Assembly: GCA_034780895.1 (NCBI GenBank)
Contig: JAUZTB010000069.1
Coordinates: forward strand, 9,077,476-9,141,475
Length of the DNA: 64,000 nt
Reading direction: 5' to 3'
DNA from: Rhynchobatus australiae
Lineage: Eukaryota
The notes under the pieces were generated by a model. That model saw only the letters and a list, made by a program, of their open reading frames with translations. It was not told where the DNA came from and searched no databases. Each line of letters opens with the position of its first letter. Within the stretch, counting starts at the first letter, position 1. Shown in pieces: positions 25,913 to 40,339 of this stretch. The position numbers were made by a program, and so were the translations under genes.

Positions 25913-26057
25913 CAAGTGCATCCTGGAGATACTTCTGCCCAACCAACTTCAGATACTCTTCTATTGCTTTGGTTGCCAAGGTGTTCTCCCGAAAAATTAG
26001 ATGCTCATTGTCCCCACAACGATCAACTTCTGACATCATCAAATCTGTCAAGAAATC
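25913..26057 (-). CDS. DAB2IP: DAB2IP coding exon, 145 bp (RasGAP, arginine finger FRENTLATK): [11 protein letters not shown]...KYLQDAL(G)
   Basis: Acceptor ctcttttacag|GAT; donor CTT G|gtacac; ORF 25845..26087. Confidence 0.96.
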
Positions 26058-26782
26058 CTGTAAAAGAGAATTGTAGAGCTGAACCAATTACACAGTTACT
26101 TGGTAAACATGAATTCATTTCATTCTACATTTTACTGTAGTATTTACTTAAGAAAACACTGAAAAAATATGAGACTTAAACTGTATTTTGAATCTCTTTT
26201 ATTATGACACTAGTCATGCAAGGGATATTAAAATCAGAGTAACATAATATTTTTGACAACGGCTTTAGTAACAAGTATTGATCTGTTATAGTGTGACACC
26301 GTTTTGAGCACGTCACCTGATGACTGAATGTCTGAAAAAAAATTGAAGTAATGGCAATTATAAGCAACGAACAAGGTTCAGAAAGATAATGACGTTTGTT
26401 TAATAAATGATCGATATCACATTTTACAATTTTGAGATCAGGGTAAGCTACCTGAGATAATTTTTTATTGGACAGGCACACACTTCCTGTCACTTTCAGC
26501 TGGGTAAGAAGCAATGTCAATCATGTGCAGCCTCTCATTTTTTACCCACAGATGCTTTGCCCATCATTTTTAGCTCTGGTTCTCTGAATTAATAATCCCA
26601 ACCACCCAAAATGTGCTGTTAAATTCTATGCACTATTCAGATCCCTTGAGTATATTGCCCATGAGTAGAGATTCTTGGATATTATCCCTCCAATGAAGTT
26701 TTAACATTTTATCCTGTTTTTCATCATGCATTTTCTTTTCCTGAATATTTATATTGACTAAATTAACACACATCCCTTATTG

Positions 26783-26872
26783 CAGGCTGCCCCCAGAAAA
26801 CTCTACGCAAAAGATGCATTTCACTGTGTGTTTCAATGTATGTGACTAATAAAGAAATCGTATATTATCTTA
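26783..26872 (+). repeat. 3' tail fragment of the SINE at 35935-36240
   Basis: ggctgcccccagaaaactctacgcaaaagatgcatttcactgtgtgtttc...gtgactaataaaga closely matches the reverse complement of about 35950-36028. Confidence 0.7.
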
Positions 26873-29800
26873 CATATACTGTCTGAAAAAAAGTCCTTCC
26901 ATTCTTAAGTGTACAACAAAAGGCAAAGATAAATCATCACAGACTCCTAAACAATAAAAGCATAAAAAATTGTCCACTGAAATTCTTGACAACTTAATAC
27001 TTTAATGATACACACAATAATTTTCTAAGAGTTTGAGTGGCAGGCTAGTTAGAAGAATTCTACCAGCCATTCAAGAATGAAGACTGAGCAGGTAGGTGCT
27101 CCTGAACCAATGTTTTGCATTTTTGTGGATCACGAATATATAACATAGCAAAAGAAATTAAAGTCTTATCTTATTTCTTAGCAACCCAACAATCTAGCTG
27201 TGTATAAAATCGAAAAAAAAGGCTGATCTTTAGTGGAAGAGAAACCCAATAGCAAACATTAACATTTGCAAGCTTTCTGTACAACTCAAAGATTATTTTG
27301 GAAATGGCATTGATTACATTAAGCTTTCATGAATTCAAACTACTGAAATCTAATACTAAAATGTGNNNNNNNNNNNNNNNNNNNNNNNNNATCAGCAGCA
27401 AATTTTAAGCCTTTGGGTTCAAAGGCAATAGGATTAGAAGAGTGAAATGTACTGCAAGCAAGCTCCCCCATTTATTTCAGTAATGGTGCAGTTCATCATC
27501 ATTTAGCTGCTTCTGGCAGGAAAGAGGTGGTTAGGGCATTCAACACATTTGCACGATTAGGTATCAGTAGGCAATATCCAAGATAATTAAAATGGTTTAT
27601 AAGTTTTTCTTCCCTGCCCAAGACAGATGCTTATTTTCTAATTTCAGTCACTAAAGCAATCAGCTGAGAACTAATGAAACTCACTCAGCAGAGACAGATC
27701 ATGGTGACATGCAAATTTAAGATGTGAACTGATTCATCTATATAGTGGGAAGCCAACTCCTCATATTAATTTGAGGCATGTGATATATATGTTTAAAACA
27801 TGCCCTTTCTATTCTTAAATAGAAATTAACACTTAATTTCTATTAAGTGTTAATATAGGAGACTGATATATATTAATATAGGAGACTGATATTAATGTGA
27901 AGACCACAAAAAGCAAAGCACTTTTCAAAACTGGTTGAAATAATAGCTTTTTGATGAGCATGTCTTATCAGGTTTTAAGCAGGTCACATCTGTTTTAATA
28001 TGGAGCCAAGTAATCCCATGTAACAAATACAGCTTTTAAATCACTGACCATTCAAATTAATGACNNNNNNNNNNNNNNNNNNNNNNNNNNNNNNNNNNNN
28101 NNNNNNTCATAGTTTACGTGGTCTCTGGAAAATTAAATTACTATACCGCGTTTAATTTTCATTCTGAACTGCTTCTATTATTGTAAAGAGGTGTGCTTTG
28201 CATTACATAAAATCTGACTACTTTTCATTTTAAACGACACTGCTGGCAATTGTTAGCTTATGGTGGACATATGCAGAGGTTATTTAATACAATACACTAT
28301 GGACGTAAAATCCAAGTTAATCACAGGTCCGCAAAGAAAAAGAGACACCTCAATTAATTAGTCACGAGAGGAAAAATGTTCCTTTCTGTCAAAACTAAGT
28401 GTTCAGCAAGAAACAAAAGTAAACAAAAGAGCTGATGATTAACTCAAAATAACTAACCTTTGCATGAATTTTTAATTGTTTGCCTAGTTCATATTGGAAA
28501 CAATTATTCAACAACAATATAATCAGCATGTTTTGTTTTCAATTATGATGACAAGTCTAGCAAATTAATAGTTCCCTTGGAAATAACTTGAATACAAAAT
28601 ATACAAACAATGCATTAAGCTCAACATCAGAAAGATCAAGAACAGGATGAATGAAATTGCAAGTACTAAAGTATTGGCATTAAGTTTATTCAGTCTATTT
28701 GCGGCAATATTCTGTAAACATTTCAATTCTGTTTTAATAAATCTTTGAATTTGGGATATAACCACCAGTGTAGCAACAACACCAAGTAACCTTTNNNNNN
28801 NNNNAGGCAAACTCCACATCATCAAAAGTAAATTAGCATACATATTGCTTAAAATCACACAATGGCATTGCAAACAATTTTCAGGTTACTAATGGAAGAG
28901 AATCACATGCTGAGTTGAAATTGGAAATGGAACAAATACTACCATGACAGAAGGTAGTTCCATGAACAATTCTTTGACTGTGCAATACAAAGTCTCTCCA
29001 AGAACAGCCATGGGAATGAGATGGAATGGAACCAAATTCAGCAAAAAAAAATCAAGAAATGGGGGTGCAAGTGTGAAGTGGGAGACAAGGAACTTAATAA
29101 AGAAGTAGGCTTTATTTAGAGAACAACAAAATAACATGGTTTTGTTTAAAGTGTCCTTTGGAGCAGGCCTCATTCAAGCCTTTTAGGATCCTAGTGGCAT
29201 AGACCCAATGAGCCCTTCAAGCTGAAAGAGTGCTATTTCTCTCTGATCTGAGTGGAAAACATTGCCATAATTTCACAGTGCCAATCATTATAGCTGTGCA
29301 AATAGCTGACAAAGGGTTTTAGAAGCAGGAAACAGACATAAATCAGAATTTTTGCAAAAGCATTTCAACTGAGTTCCAATTTATGCCAACCTCAACAGAA
29401 AGTCAAGTCCACAGGCTTAAAAAAGGATGTTCAAGACTTTTCCTCCTCATTCATAGGACAAGCAAAATATGACTAACGCTGTTAAGGGAATAACAAAGAA
29501 AAATAAAAGTGACCAGTGGCACAAACAGTGGTTTTCCTGCAGTCAATGCTTTGAAAATTGCTTTTATCAAGTTTCCAAACACACGAAGAACAATTTTCCT
29601 AATTCCTCTCGGCCTTCCTTTACTAGTAAACTATGGGATGGGATGAAGTAGGAGGAAAGCCAAGGGGGTGGGGAGTGCGTTGTAGAATAAATTAAAATCT
29701 TTTCAACTAAGAAAGCCATACCTCCACAACCATACTGCACGTGCTTGAGTGATTTAAATACATGCTACTTGCAATGCCCCCTGCTCCCCACTTTGACATT

Positions 29801-30589
29801 AAGTGGTGTTAGACTTTCACAACTTTGGACCCCTGTTCAGGTGTGTGGCCACTCAATAACAAGCTTAAATCTTAGTACTTAGCCACTTAGTACTTGGCAT
29901 TATGTCCATTAGAAGGTCTTGCAAGTTGGCAAGCTGCCTGCTTCACAGCAACTGGCACTTGTAATCCCTCATTTTGATGCTACTGCCTACTTCCATGGCA
30001 TTAAATTTAGTCCCCACTGTCTGAAATGTTCCTAACAACCACTCAGTAATTAGATTGGACACNNNNNNNNNNNNNNNNNNNNNNNNNNNNNNNNNNNNNN
30101 NNNNNNNNNNNNNNNNNNNNNNNNNNNNNNNNNNNNNNNNNNNNNNNNNNNNNNNNNNNNNNNNNNNNNNNNNNNNNNNNNNNNNNNNNNNNNNNNNNNN
30201 NNNNNNNNNNCTTCCAGAAGGTGAATGCAACATATTGTCTCAACATTTTCCTCCATTTTTACCCAGTTCTTCAGAGATAGCACAAAGCTAAGCTTTCAAG
30301 ATAAGGAAGGGAATAATTTATCTTGGCGCATTATTGAATATAATTTGTTCTAAATTGTTTTGCAAAAGGTCTACCAAGTACACTTTCTTAATCTGTCTCA
30401 GGAATAAAAACCTAAACTTCACTGTTTATTCGTTCTGTGGCACTATAGATGGAATTGTTGAGAGAATGCTATCTGGAAATTTGTGTACACTGATACAGTA
30501 CTCAGCACACATTGCCAAGAACCACAGGATGAATGGAATTAGCACTAAAAATGGTTGTAACGGCATCATATACAGAGGGATGTGTTAGA

Positions 30590-31190
30590 GACAGTGCTGC
30601 TGTGCCAGTAACTTGGCATGAAATTCTGCCCTCCTCACTGTTGTATGTTGCAATGTCGATACCCTGGGTGACAGGAACCTGACACGGATCCAGCAATGAA
30701 TCATCTGTGGCCTGGTGTGCGGAGGCTGCCCCCTACCAGGTGAACGGGCGGCAGTGGTGTGACTGCTCAGTTCTATGATGTGGGTTTTGGGGCTGCATCC
30801 AGGCTGGCACAGTAAGAGTGGACCGTTGCTGGGACTGGCAGTAACTGCCCCAAATGCTGATAGAACATCCACATCCAACTCTCTCCCCAGCATGGAGATT
30901 TCTCTCTAGTCACAAGCTCACCAGCTTGTACTGGGAAAGCTGTGCAAGCAAACAACAGCTTCCATCATATCCAACAGATGGTGATGAGAGGAACTGGAGG
31001 ATGAGGTGCTGCCAATCCCCAGCAATGGCTCACACTCTGTCGGCAAGGCTGTGGCCCTGAGCTTCACAGTTACGACCATTTGCCCCATGCCAGCAACACC
31101 AATCCTCACAGGCTGACTCTCTGCACCAACCTGTAGGGAAATTCATTGCTGGGGAAACCTGGGCAGAAGGCAGGGCTTCCTGCCAGGTTC
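30590..31190 (-). mobile_element. Degenerate non-LTR retroelement fragment
   Basis: GC-richer island. The minus strand reads like a decayed LINE endonuclease region (VVTVKLR...; DVDVLSAFGAVT); broken frames. Confidence 0.35.
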
Positions 31191-33449
31191 CCAGTAGTGA
31201 GCAGCCTGAGCTGATGAGTTTTTTTTTAAAAAAGTATGGGGGCTACTTTTCTGAGAGTGTTCAGATTGGAGGACCAAGAGCAGTACAACAAACCCACACT
31301 TTGCAGGGTAGTGGTAAGCAGACTATCAGTGCACCACACAGACTGAAAACCCAAACTAGTAATAGGGTAAATTCTAAACTGATGACAAACACATCAACAC
31401 ATCAAGCACATCAATAAATCAATAGGAATTCCTAATTCCTATTCCTAAACCCCTTCAAGAACCTTAGCATCTCACTTGCACTTATTTTTGTCTCAATCTC
31501 GTGTGCCTTAGATTCATGATTCATGAGGCAGCACAAGCACTGACAACTGTCAAAATGCTCTAATACTAAAAATGTGTGCCTACATGTTGTCAGAGTCGGG
31601 TTTCAAAAATCAAGAAAGAAATTGCAAAATGAAATCCTTAGGGGAGCTGGACAGCGCAGCACTCTAGATACTCGCTTCAGAGAATTACTGCAGGGCTTCC
31701 AGTGAATGACAACTGAAATTGTCAGCTACGCAAGTTTCATCAGTTTGAGGCTGCATCATCAGCCTAAAGGGTGGCTGATTGGAGAAAAGCGTTCTAAAAT
31801 AGGTGCAGCTGAGTCACCCTGCAACATGAAATCACTTTGCAATCTGCAAGGTATTTAAAAGAGTTTTGAGATCCTGTAGAAGGGGGTTAAAGCCAAGGAC
31901 TGGAGGGAGCAAGCTTCCTGTGAGGTGGGCACAGGAAGTTTTGGAGCTGTGGGAGAAGAGCTTGTGAACTATTTCTCCAATAATGATACGTTATATACCA
32001 CGATGATGGAGTCCTGAGACTTTTCTACTAAATTATTATACACATTCCATCAAGAGGTCAACTTTCACATTTAGACTGTTAACACACACCTTTAATTATC
32101 CATGTTCTCTGTTAACTCTAAAGCTGCGGCTGCATTCCAGCTACACATGCAAGCAAGTCAAGGATGTCACACTGAACCCAACCTTTACCACTTAAGCTAA
32201 AATTTAAACCTACAGAAATACAAAAGTTGCAGCAAGGAAGAAGTCTCCAATCCAGTTCATGATCTGGTTTTGATCCCAACAAACTGCCTACCACACCTGG
32301 CTGCCCTGAGGTGCAGACCATCATTTGTGGATTTGAAACTGATCGGAGGTTCTAGTTCAACTATTTAATTACACACTTCAAGATGCAGCCCCTCAACATC
32401 ATCTGGCTCTGTCCCAGATTTCCCTCACTTTTATCCCGGCTTTTATCAGCTTGAAAATCAAATTCTCTAGCATGGCCCTAGTTGCTTTACCCTTCAATAT
32501 TTCCAACATTTGGCAAGTCTTCTTTCTACCTTCAGACACTTATATTTATTTTTAAGCATGGTCCAGCAACATGCCTTCAAGATCCACAGTTTCAAATCGT
32601 GCCATGGACCTGTTCTAACATAGTCAGTGATCCAAAATCATGCATTCCTTAATGCTTACTGTTCCTCTCACACTGGGTTACACTTCTCTCCCCATTCCCA
32701 GCTGCTGTTTTAGCTCCTGGTCTTCAAACATCCGCATTTTACATCCTCAAAATACATCTCATCCAGTGAACTACCTCGATTTTCCACAGTCCCTTTTCTC
32801 CATTGATCAGTTTCAGCTGTTTTGGCACCAACCTATAAAGGGGTGTGGGAGGGAAGGGAGAGTAATCGGAGTTAAGGTATCTATCATAAGAGGGATCTAT
32901 GCTCCAGACCTGGGCAGGGTCATCCTCAAAGCCGGCCTGACCTGCTTTGTAAAGACCACTTCAGCATGAGTGACATACCATTTTCAAACTACACATGTAA
33001 ATAGGTTTGACACAAGTGCTGACAAAATGTACATTGTATCTTGAACACCACTAATAGAATTATTTGGCTATCTCAATGCACAGGCATGTCATATGTACAG
33101 AAGACCTGGAACTAAACTGGTATCTTAAAAGATTGTGATTAAACGCATTGCATGCCACACCAGAAATATTGCAGACCACAAAAGAATCTATAAGCTAGCA
33201 TTTTTCCAGGCCAGGTCCCTGAACAATTGATCCCTGAATATAGAGTATATATTTTATTACAGTTGTAAGTATCTAAGAAAAATAATAAAGTTGGTAATTT
33301 CAGAAGAATTTTTTTTATCATAACACAGCACTTCCAATTTTGCGATAGTTGATCAATGAATACAATATCCTGAACAAAGAAGAATTTTAATAGACAAGCT
33401 ATTTAAATCATCATTTTTCCAATTCTAAATGGTTTATAAAATATCATGA

Positions 33450-34030
33450 TAACAGGAGTCAGTCACTCAAGGCTGTCCCATCGTTGAATTACATCATGGC
33501 TGATCTATTCCTCAACCTCATCTACCCGCCTTAGCGCCACGTTTCTAAATATCCTTAGCTGACAAAAATCTTTCAGTCTCAAATCCATCTTGAAAGTCTC
33601 CAAACCATCATCCCCAGCATTTGGTGGCGTCAGCTCCAAATTTCTACATCTCTTTGCGTGATAAGTTGTCAAATTTCATTACTAAATGGCCCAACTCTGC
33701 TGTTAAAATGGTCTCAGGTTGAGATGAATCAGCATTTTTTTTAAAAAGTCTATTTTATTGATTCCTCTTAGCAGTTTAGATATCCTGACTAGAACATCTT
33801 TCTAAGTTCTACAAACTATAATTTTGCAACCTGTCTCCATAATTTAACACTCTTATTCCTATTATTATTCTGGTGACTTCACAGGCTAACAGATTCTTCC
33901 TAATTGTGGTGACTGGAAGTGAATACAACACACTACAGAAGATCTGACCAAGGCTGAGCACAATTGAAACATAACTTCCTTTCTTGAGATAAAGGCACAC
34001 ATTCCTTTAGCCTTTTTGATTTAAAACAGC
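33450..34030 (-). mobile_element. Old CR1-type LINE 3' fragment
   Basis: catcatggctgatcta (reverse complement of the CR1 3' motif) and gaatacaacacactacagaagatctgaccaagg. Confidence 0.5.
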
Positions 34031-35934
34031 TTCTGGTAATCTGTACATGTAGAGACTTAAATCTTTCTCTACTATATAGTTTATAGTCTCTGACAATACC
34101 CCAAATGAGAATCAACACATCTTGATGATGCTCAAGTCATGTATGTACAACATTGTATCTACTGTATTTACAATTCAACATATAATATGCAGCAATAATT
34201 TTGAATTACTGAACTACATATAACTTTATAATGCTTTGGTGAATTGCTTAATATTGGTGGCAACATTGACTGTTGCCTAATTGAAAAATCTTGGCAGAGA
34301 TAGCCAGCATTAAAAAAATTATGGTTTGTAATACTAGGTTCAAGGAAGTATATGTGACCAAATGGTCTGTTCTCCATTGAATCAAGCATTTTACTGTAGG
34401 AAAGGCTAAAGGTTGTGTCCTTTGCACTTGTACAATATCTTTATAATTGGGAGTACATAATTGATGAGTATTTTTGAAAGCTAAGAAGAAATAACAGATG
34501 GATTAAAATAGTACATTTGAACATCTATTCATCATGCATCTATCCTTGTTTAGAATGTCATATGATTGCTACAAAGTTAATTAACATTTGATCTGGCAGG
34601 GCGAGCAGATACCACATCAATACTTTAACCTTCTAGTTCCAAAATCTGCAGACATACAAACTCTTCCTTAATTAGCAGCAACTGGCCTGAGCACTGATTC
34701 TCATTTTCCACCTGTTTCTATATACATTCATATTGCATGTGCATACTGCCACTTCCACTTCGGTACCAAGAGCTTTTTGTCTGTNNNNNNNNNNNNNNNN
34801 NNNNNNNNNNNNNNNNNNNNNNNNNNNNNNNNNNNNNNNNNNNNNNNNNNNNNNNNNNNNNNNNNNNNNNNNNNNNNNNNNNNNGGTTGATATGACTACT
34901 GAACAGATACCTACACTGGACCAGTCCGTTTCAATACTGTTACAGCACATAGTGTGATAATATTATAATTACAGATGAACAGCGTATTCTTTTGTAGCAC
35001 TGATAATGAATAGCTACAGGGGCGAAGAAATGAACTGCTCATAGAAATGAGCATATGACATTCAACTCATAATATCTGATCCTTCCATAATGTGTAATAT
35101 CCCAAACCAGAGTGCCAGATTTACACGAAGCAGATTAATAATTTTTAATGAAGATATGGAACCAGACCACTTCATGACATTTTGCAGTGACAGTATGGAA
35201 TGCACAATCAGGGAATATGATAACCTGTAATTAACTGTTTCCTAAGGTTAGGTATTAACATAATTAAATCTTTCATTTAGCATCTCACAACTACTAGCTG
35301 GGTCATATGTCAATAGGTCAATCAAAACCCAGGGTATTAAATAAACGTATTGAGCTTTGAGAGTAATGAACATGACCTACTTATTATTAGATGAGTCATA
35401 ATATTTTTTGTCAATGTTATGTAATAAAATCCTCAAACTAGTCATCCTTAGACACCAACACAAAATTTTAGCCTATTCTGTAAGCCCACAAATAAAAAGA
35501 AATAAACTAAGTTGTTCATGTAAGAATGCAAAATCTTTACTCACAAACATGTTTCTTTAATCCTGCTGTAAATCTTATGCAACTACCAGGTGGAAATGGG
35601 AGTGACTTTGCCAAGAGGCAAGGAGCCACTGTACTCTGTATAACACCTCACTCAAGTGACCTCATCCCAGATCAAAACACAACTACACTAAAAAGAAATA
35701 ATTGGAATGAATTTCCACAACTTGCAAATGCAAGGAAACAAAAACAGAAATTCTTGGAAACACTTAGCAGATCAGGCAGCACCTATAGGAGGAGGGAAAA
35801 TAATGTTTTGGGTCTGGGACCCTTCAACAGAACTGGGACACACTGGTCTGTAGTTCCTTGATTTTCTGGCAAATTCAAGGCCTATGTTGACTATTAAAGA
35901 ATTTTGACCCAACTCAATTTGGATTTTGACTTCT

Positions 35935-36240
35935 ATATAAAGATAAGATCTTTATCTTTATTAGTCACACATACATCGAAACACACAGTGGAATGCATCT
36001 TTTGTGTAGAGTGTTCTGGGGGCAGCCCACGTGTCACCATGCTTCTGGTGCCAACATAGCATGACCACAACTTCCTAATCTGTATGTCTTTGGAATGTGG
36101 GAGGAAACCAGAGCACCCAGAGGAAACCCACGCAAACACGGGGAGAACGTACTAACTCCTTACAGACAGTGGCTGGAACTGAACCCAGGTTGCTGGTGCT
36201 ATAATAGCGTTACGCTAACTGCTACACTACCATGCTGTTA
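35935..36240 (-). mobile_element. tRNA-derived V-SINE (HE1-like), near full length
   Basis: Minus strand: gcatggtagtgtagcagttagcgtaacg (A box), gggttcagttcc (B box), V domain gtacgttctccccgtgtttgcgtgggtttcctctgggtgctctggtttcctcccacattccaaagac, tail aataaagataaagatc. Confidence 0.85.
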
Positions 36241-37814
36241 ATTCTATCAACAGCTTAGTAAGAACACAAGAGATGGGAGTCGTTGACCATGTTCAGCTAT
36301 TCCTGATGGGTAATCCTATTTTTGTCTTTAGCCCCACTTTTCTGTTCAAAATGCATAACCCTCAACTCTCCTATAGCTGAAAAATCTCTCTCAGTTATGT
36401 GTATAATTAATGACTCCGCACCAAATAACCCCTCAGGGAAACAGATACCCAAAGAACACAATCTCTGTAGGAATCTCATCTCAGATTTGTGGCCAGTCTC
36501 TTAACCTGAGACCAAGACCCTTACAGTCTTGGCTCCCAACTGGAGTAACATTCTATAAAGATCCTTTGGAATCTTATGCGTACATAGAAATACACTGAAA
36601 TTACAATGTAAAAGCACGAAATTTAGGCAGCCTGCCATGACAGTTATCATTCACAAGGTAATTGTCTTAATCATTTTTAACATTCTGCTCCAATGCATCC
36701 AACATAAACGCTGCCAGAATCTCTATGAAAATGAATTCCACAGCTTTCTGTACAAGGTATCTCTCTCTTGCTCTCTGCCCTAAACCCCTGCATGTAATCA
36801 TGTGTATATCACCCTTTCTCTAAGGGCAGCAAGTTTCTTCAGTCCCTGAAGAAAAAGACCAAGTCCAAAACTTCCATTTCTGGATTTTTACTGAATTAGT
36901 TGATTTTTGCAAAGATGACATCCCATCTCTGAGCCCCAAAAACACATGATATCTGGAGACATAATGCATCTATGAACAAACAGCCAGCCAACATTTTTGG
37001 TTAAAATTCACCTGTAAATACTCGCCATCTGGTTGAGGTACTGCAGAATTATTGCTACGTGAAGGTTAGGCTTACATTAGTAAAAGGAAATGCCACGATA
37101 TTTTGTTAAATGCAAAATCATAACAGAAATCATTAACAAAGAATTCCGATGAACATTAGCAGTGAGAGAGGGCGACAATGCACAAAATCCTGCTCCCACT
37201 AAAGCTATATACTCTATTAGTGTACTGTCTCAGTATGAACAGATAAATGTCAGTCTCTAAAAGGAAAGCATTTAAGTAAATTAACAATCTGTTTGGAGAA
37301 CATGGAACCGTATCAGTACCAGAAATGTGGATGCACAATTTAAACTCTATAGCATCCAATGATGGCTTATTTGTTAATTTTTAGTTAGCATTGTACGTCT
37401 GATAATTATTAGATGTGGTGACTTAAATTTGCGCTTGCAGTTTCAGATTAACTATAATATTAATTCACATTGAAGAGTTTCTCCATTTTTGCATGGGGTA
37501 AAATAATGCAAATATTCCAAATGTCAAGTACGTAATTGAGAAGAAAGGATAGGGCCTATTACCGAAAACACCATGGAAATGCAGAGGCTGCTTTTGCTCA
37601 AGACAAAAGCAGGGAAGTGCTAATTGCTGATCTGTATGTGCATTGAGCATAGGAAGATGCTGGGGAAAAGGGTTTGTTTGTCACCAGTCTCTCAGCTCAC
37701 CACGGTAGTCATCCAGCAAGTCAGGGAGTATCTAGAAAATAATTGTATTGAACTGTTTAGATCAATAATCTTTATTCAGAATTTGATAAAAGGTCATGAG
37801 CCTGAAACAGGTCA

Positions 37815-37935
37815 ATGGGGGTGACACAATGGCACAACTGTTTCACAGCTCCAGGGACAAGAGTTCAATCCTGACCTCAGCGCTGTCTGCGCAGAATTTC
37901 TGCCTGTGCTCTAGTTTCCTCCCACATCCCAAAGT
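37815..37935 (+). mobile_element. Degenerate V-SINE head
   Basis: cacagctccagggac..gagttcaatcctgacctc...tgctctagtttcctcccacatcccaaag. Confidence 0.55.
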
Positions 37936-40339
37936 CGAGCTGGAAGGGTATTTAGGCCTTAGTGTAATGGCAAAAAAAAAGTGGCAAAAAAGAATCAAAG
38001 AGAAGTTCACGGACAAGTGAGAAAGGCCAAGTTACAGGGCTGCAAGGAAATGAGCGAGGAAATGGCCTGTTAGGATTGTTCTGTTGGGAACTGGCATGAA
38101 GCAAATGTTCTCCTTCCATGTCACGATAAGTAACAATGACTATGTTTTTCCCCTCTGTGAATACTGCCCAACCTGCTGAGTGTTTCCAGCACTGATTTTA
38201 TATCAAATTTCCAGCATTGCCAGTTTATATATGCTTTTTGCATCACCATGGTAATCACATGACAAATTTTGTTCAAAACATCTTCAAAAATTTTTAATAT
38301 TTGTCACAGTGTGCTTTTGTGCCAGTTCTATAATCAGAGAACAGAGAAGCTTGCTTAAGTTGTTGTTTCTCATGTTTTTTTAATAGCCTTCTAACTGCAG
38401 CAAGATCACAACTCTTCACCTTGCACAGGCGTTCAAACAAAACTCCAGATGGACTGGCCCATTACTTTGGGATAAAAAAAAGACACTTCCCCTGGAATAG
38501 ATACCTATTTTTAGTTGGGGTTGAAAAATAAATGGATGAATTTCCCCTCACACAACAAAAAAAATACAAGAATTGAACCATGTTCGCATTTGAACTAATA
38601 ACCAACAGTTGCAATGGGGAGCAGCAGCATTTGAAGGGAGTGCTTCCAACAGTGTGTTTTGTTTAAGATAAACTATTTAGTTCTGCCTGTACCATCACCA
38701 AAAGAGCTGCGATAGACTTCCTGCCTGGTGTCATATCACTGCTCTGTGCATCTCAGGCTGTTCTACATTGGTTCAGCTCCAATAATAATATACAGTACTT
38801 CCATATTCTTCTTACTAGGCTAACAATGCTCCATTAATCTTCAAGCAATAAGGAATAGACCCTACAGCAACTTAACAAAAAAAACCTCACGTTAGGTGGT
38901 GGAACAGCAGAATACAGTTGCCATAATGAGGACATACGTCTCCTTTAATTGTCCCTCGTGCTTGGCAACAGCATAAAAAGGTCCACATAATTTGTTGTTG
39001 CAGTAGCCAAGGGCATGCCCAGAGCTTTTCCACAGACTAAACGCACACATTCAAATTGCCACATTCAGCATAAGACACCCAACGCTGTATTTCAGCCTCT
39101 ACAGTTTCAGGATACGAAAGTCCCAGAGGTTGAAGGGTATGGTTACAATAAGTTTTGATTCTGAGATACAGTCAGACCAGCTGCAAATTAGGAAGTCTGG
39201 TAACTGTTATAGAGCTGGACATTTCCTTCTACATAACAGATATTGCAGAAACTGACATGAAATTTTCTGATAACACGGAATGAAATACAGCTTTCTGATA
39301 TAGTTCCACAGTCCACAGATGATTGTATCATGAATTTCTTCCAGCCCCATCCAACATCTCTGCACTCCCTTATTAATTCCACCTGAATCATGCATCCTGT
39401 TCTACCATTACACATTCTGTTGAAGGCCTGGTTCAAACAGATGAAAACAACATATTTGATAAAAAAAAAATTCCTAGTTAACTCTACAAGTCAAAAAAAT
39501 ATGCAAGATATTTGCCAATAGAGAAGTGCCTTTATAGAGCAGGCGTGTTGTTGTAAGGATTTGAAGACACTTCAAGATTTAGTGAAAGGGATGCCTGAAC
39601 CCAAATAATAAAAGCAGTCTTCCAAATGTCAATCACTAATTATTACCCATCACCAGCTTCGTAAACAAGTCAAAATGGTCAGTTTAATCAATTCCATCCT
39701 GAAATAGCAAGCTTTTCTTTAAAATGATACTTCTTTAGGTAAGAGTGGATGCAAAGCATGGGGACAAAGCCTGCCGGATGGAAGGATTAGTGCTGCTTGC
39801 TGCCACTGCTAATCACTGTCTGGCCTTAGATATACACTTAATCCCCAACAACTTCTTGTATATTCCAAACCAATCAGTCTGGGTTTTTAAAATTTACTTT
39901 ACATCACCCTAGAAGCCACCTGCCTAGAAATTGATCTTTGTGGTTACAAGCTGAGAAATTGCGCAGTTTGCCAACAACTGCTTTAGTCACAGTCCTGCTT
40001 TTGTAAAACTCAGTAATCAAGAGACACCAGCAAGCGATGGGCAAATGGCGAGTTGGGCTGAGGGATGGATCATCCATTTGACAATCTCTGGTGGCTGCAG
40101 ATTGAAGTCTGGGGTGGGGGTTGAGGGGTGCAATTGGAGTAATTAGGGCTTTTGGGGAAGGGATTTCTGATATTGAGGCTTGGTCTTGAGATCAACTTTT
40201 GATCAGTATTCAGAAGGTTATGGAGAACTGGGGGAATGAGAGATTGCTGTCAGCCATACAGCATGGNNNNNNNNNNNNNNNNNNNNNNNNNNNNNNNNNN
40301 NNNNNNNNNNNNNNNNNNNNNNNNNNNNNNNNNCTAATC

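Noticed and set aside
36140-36240. tRNA-like A/B boxes
   Set aside because: Head of a V-SINE, not a tRNA gene; no cloverleaf seen.
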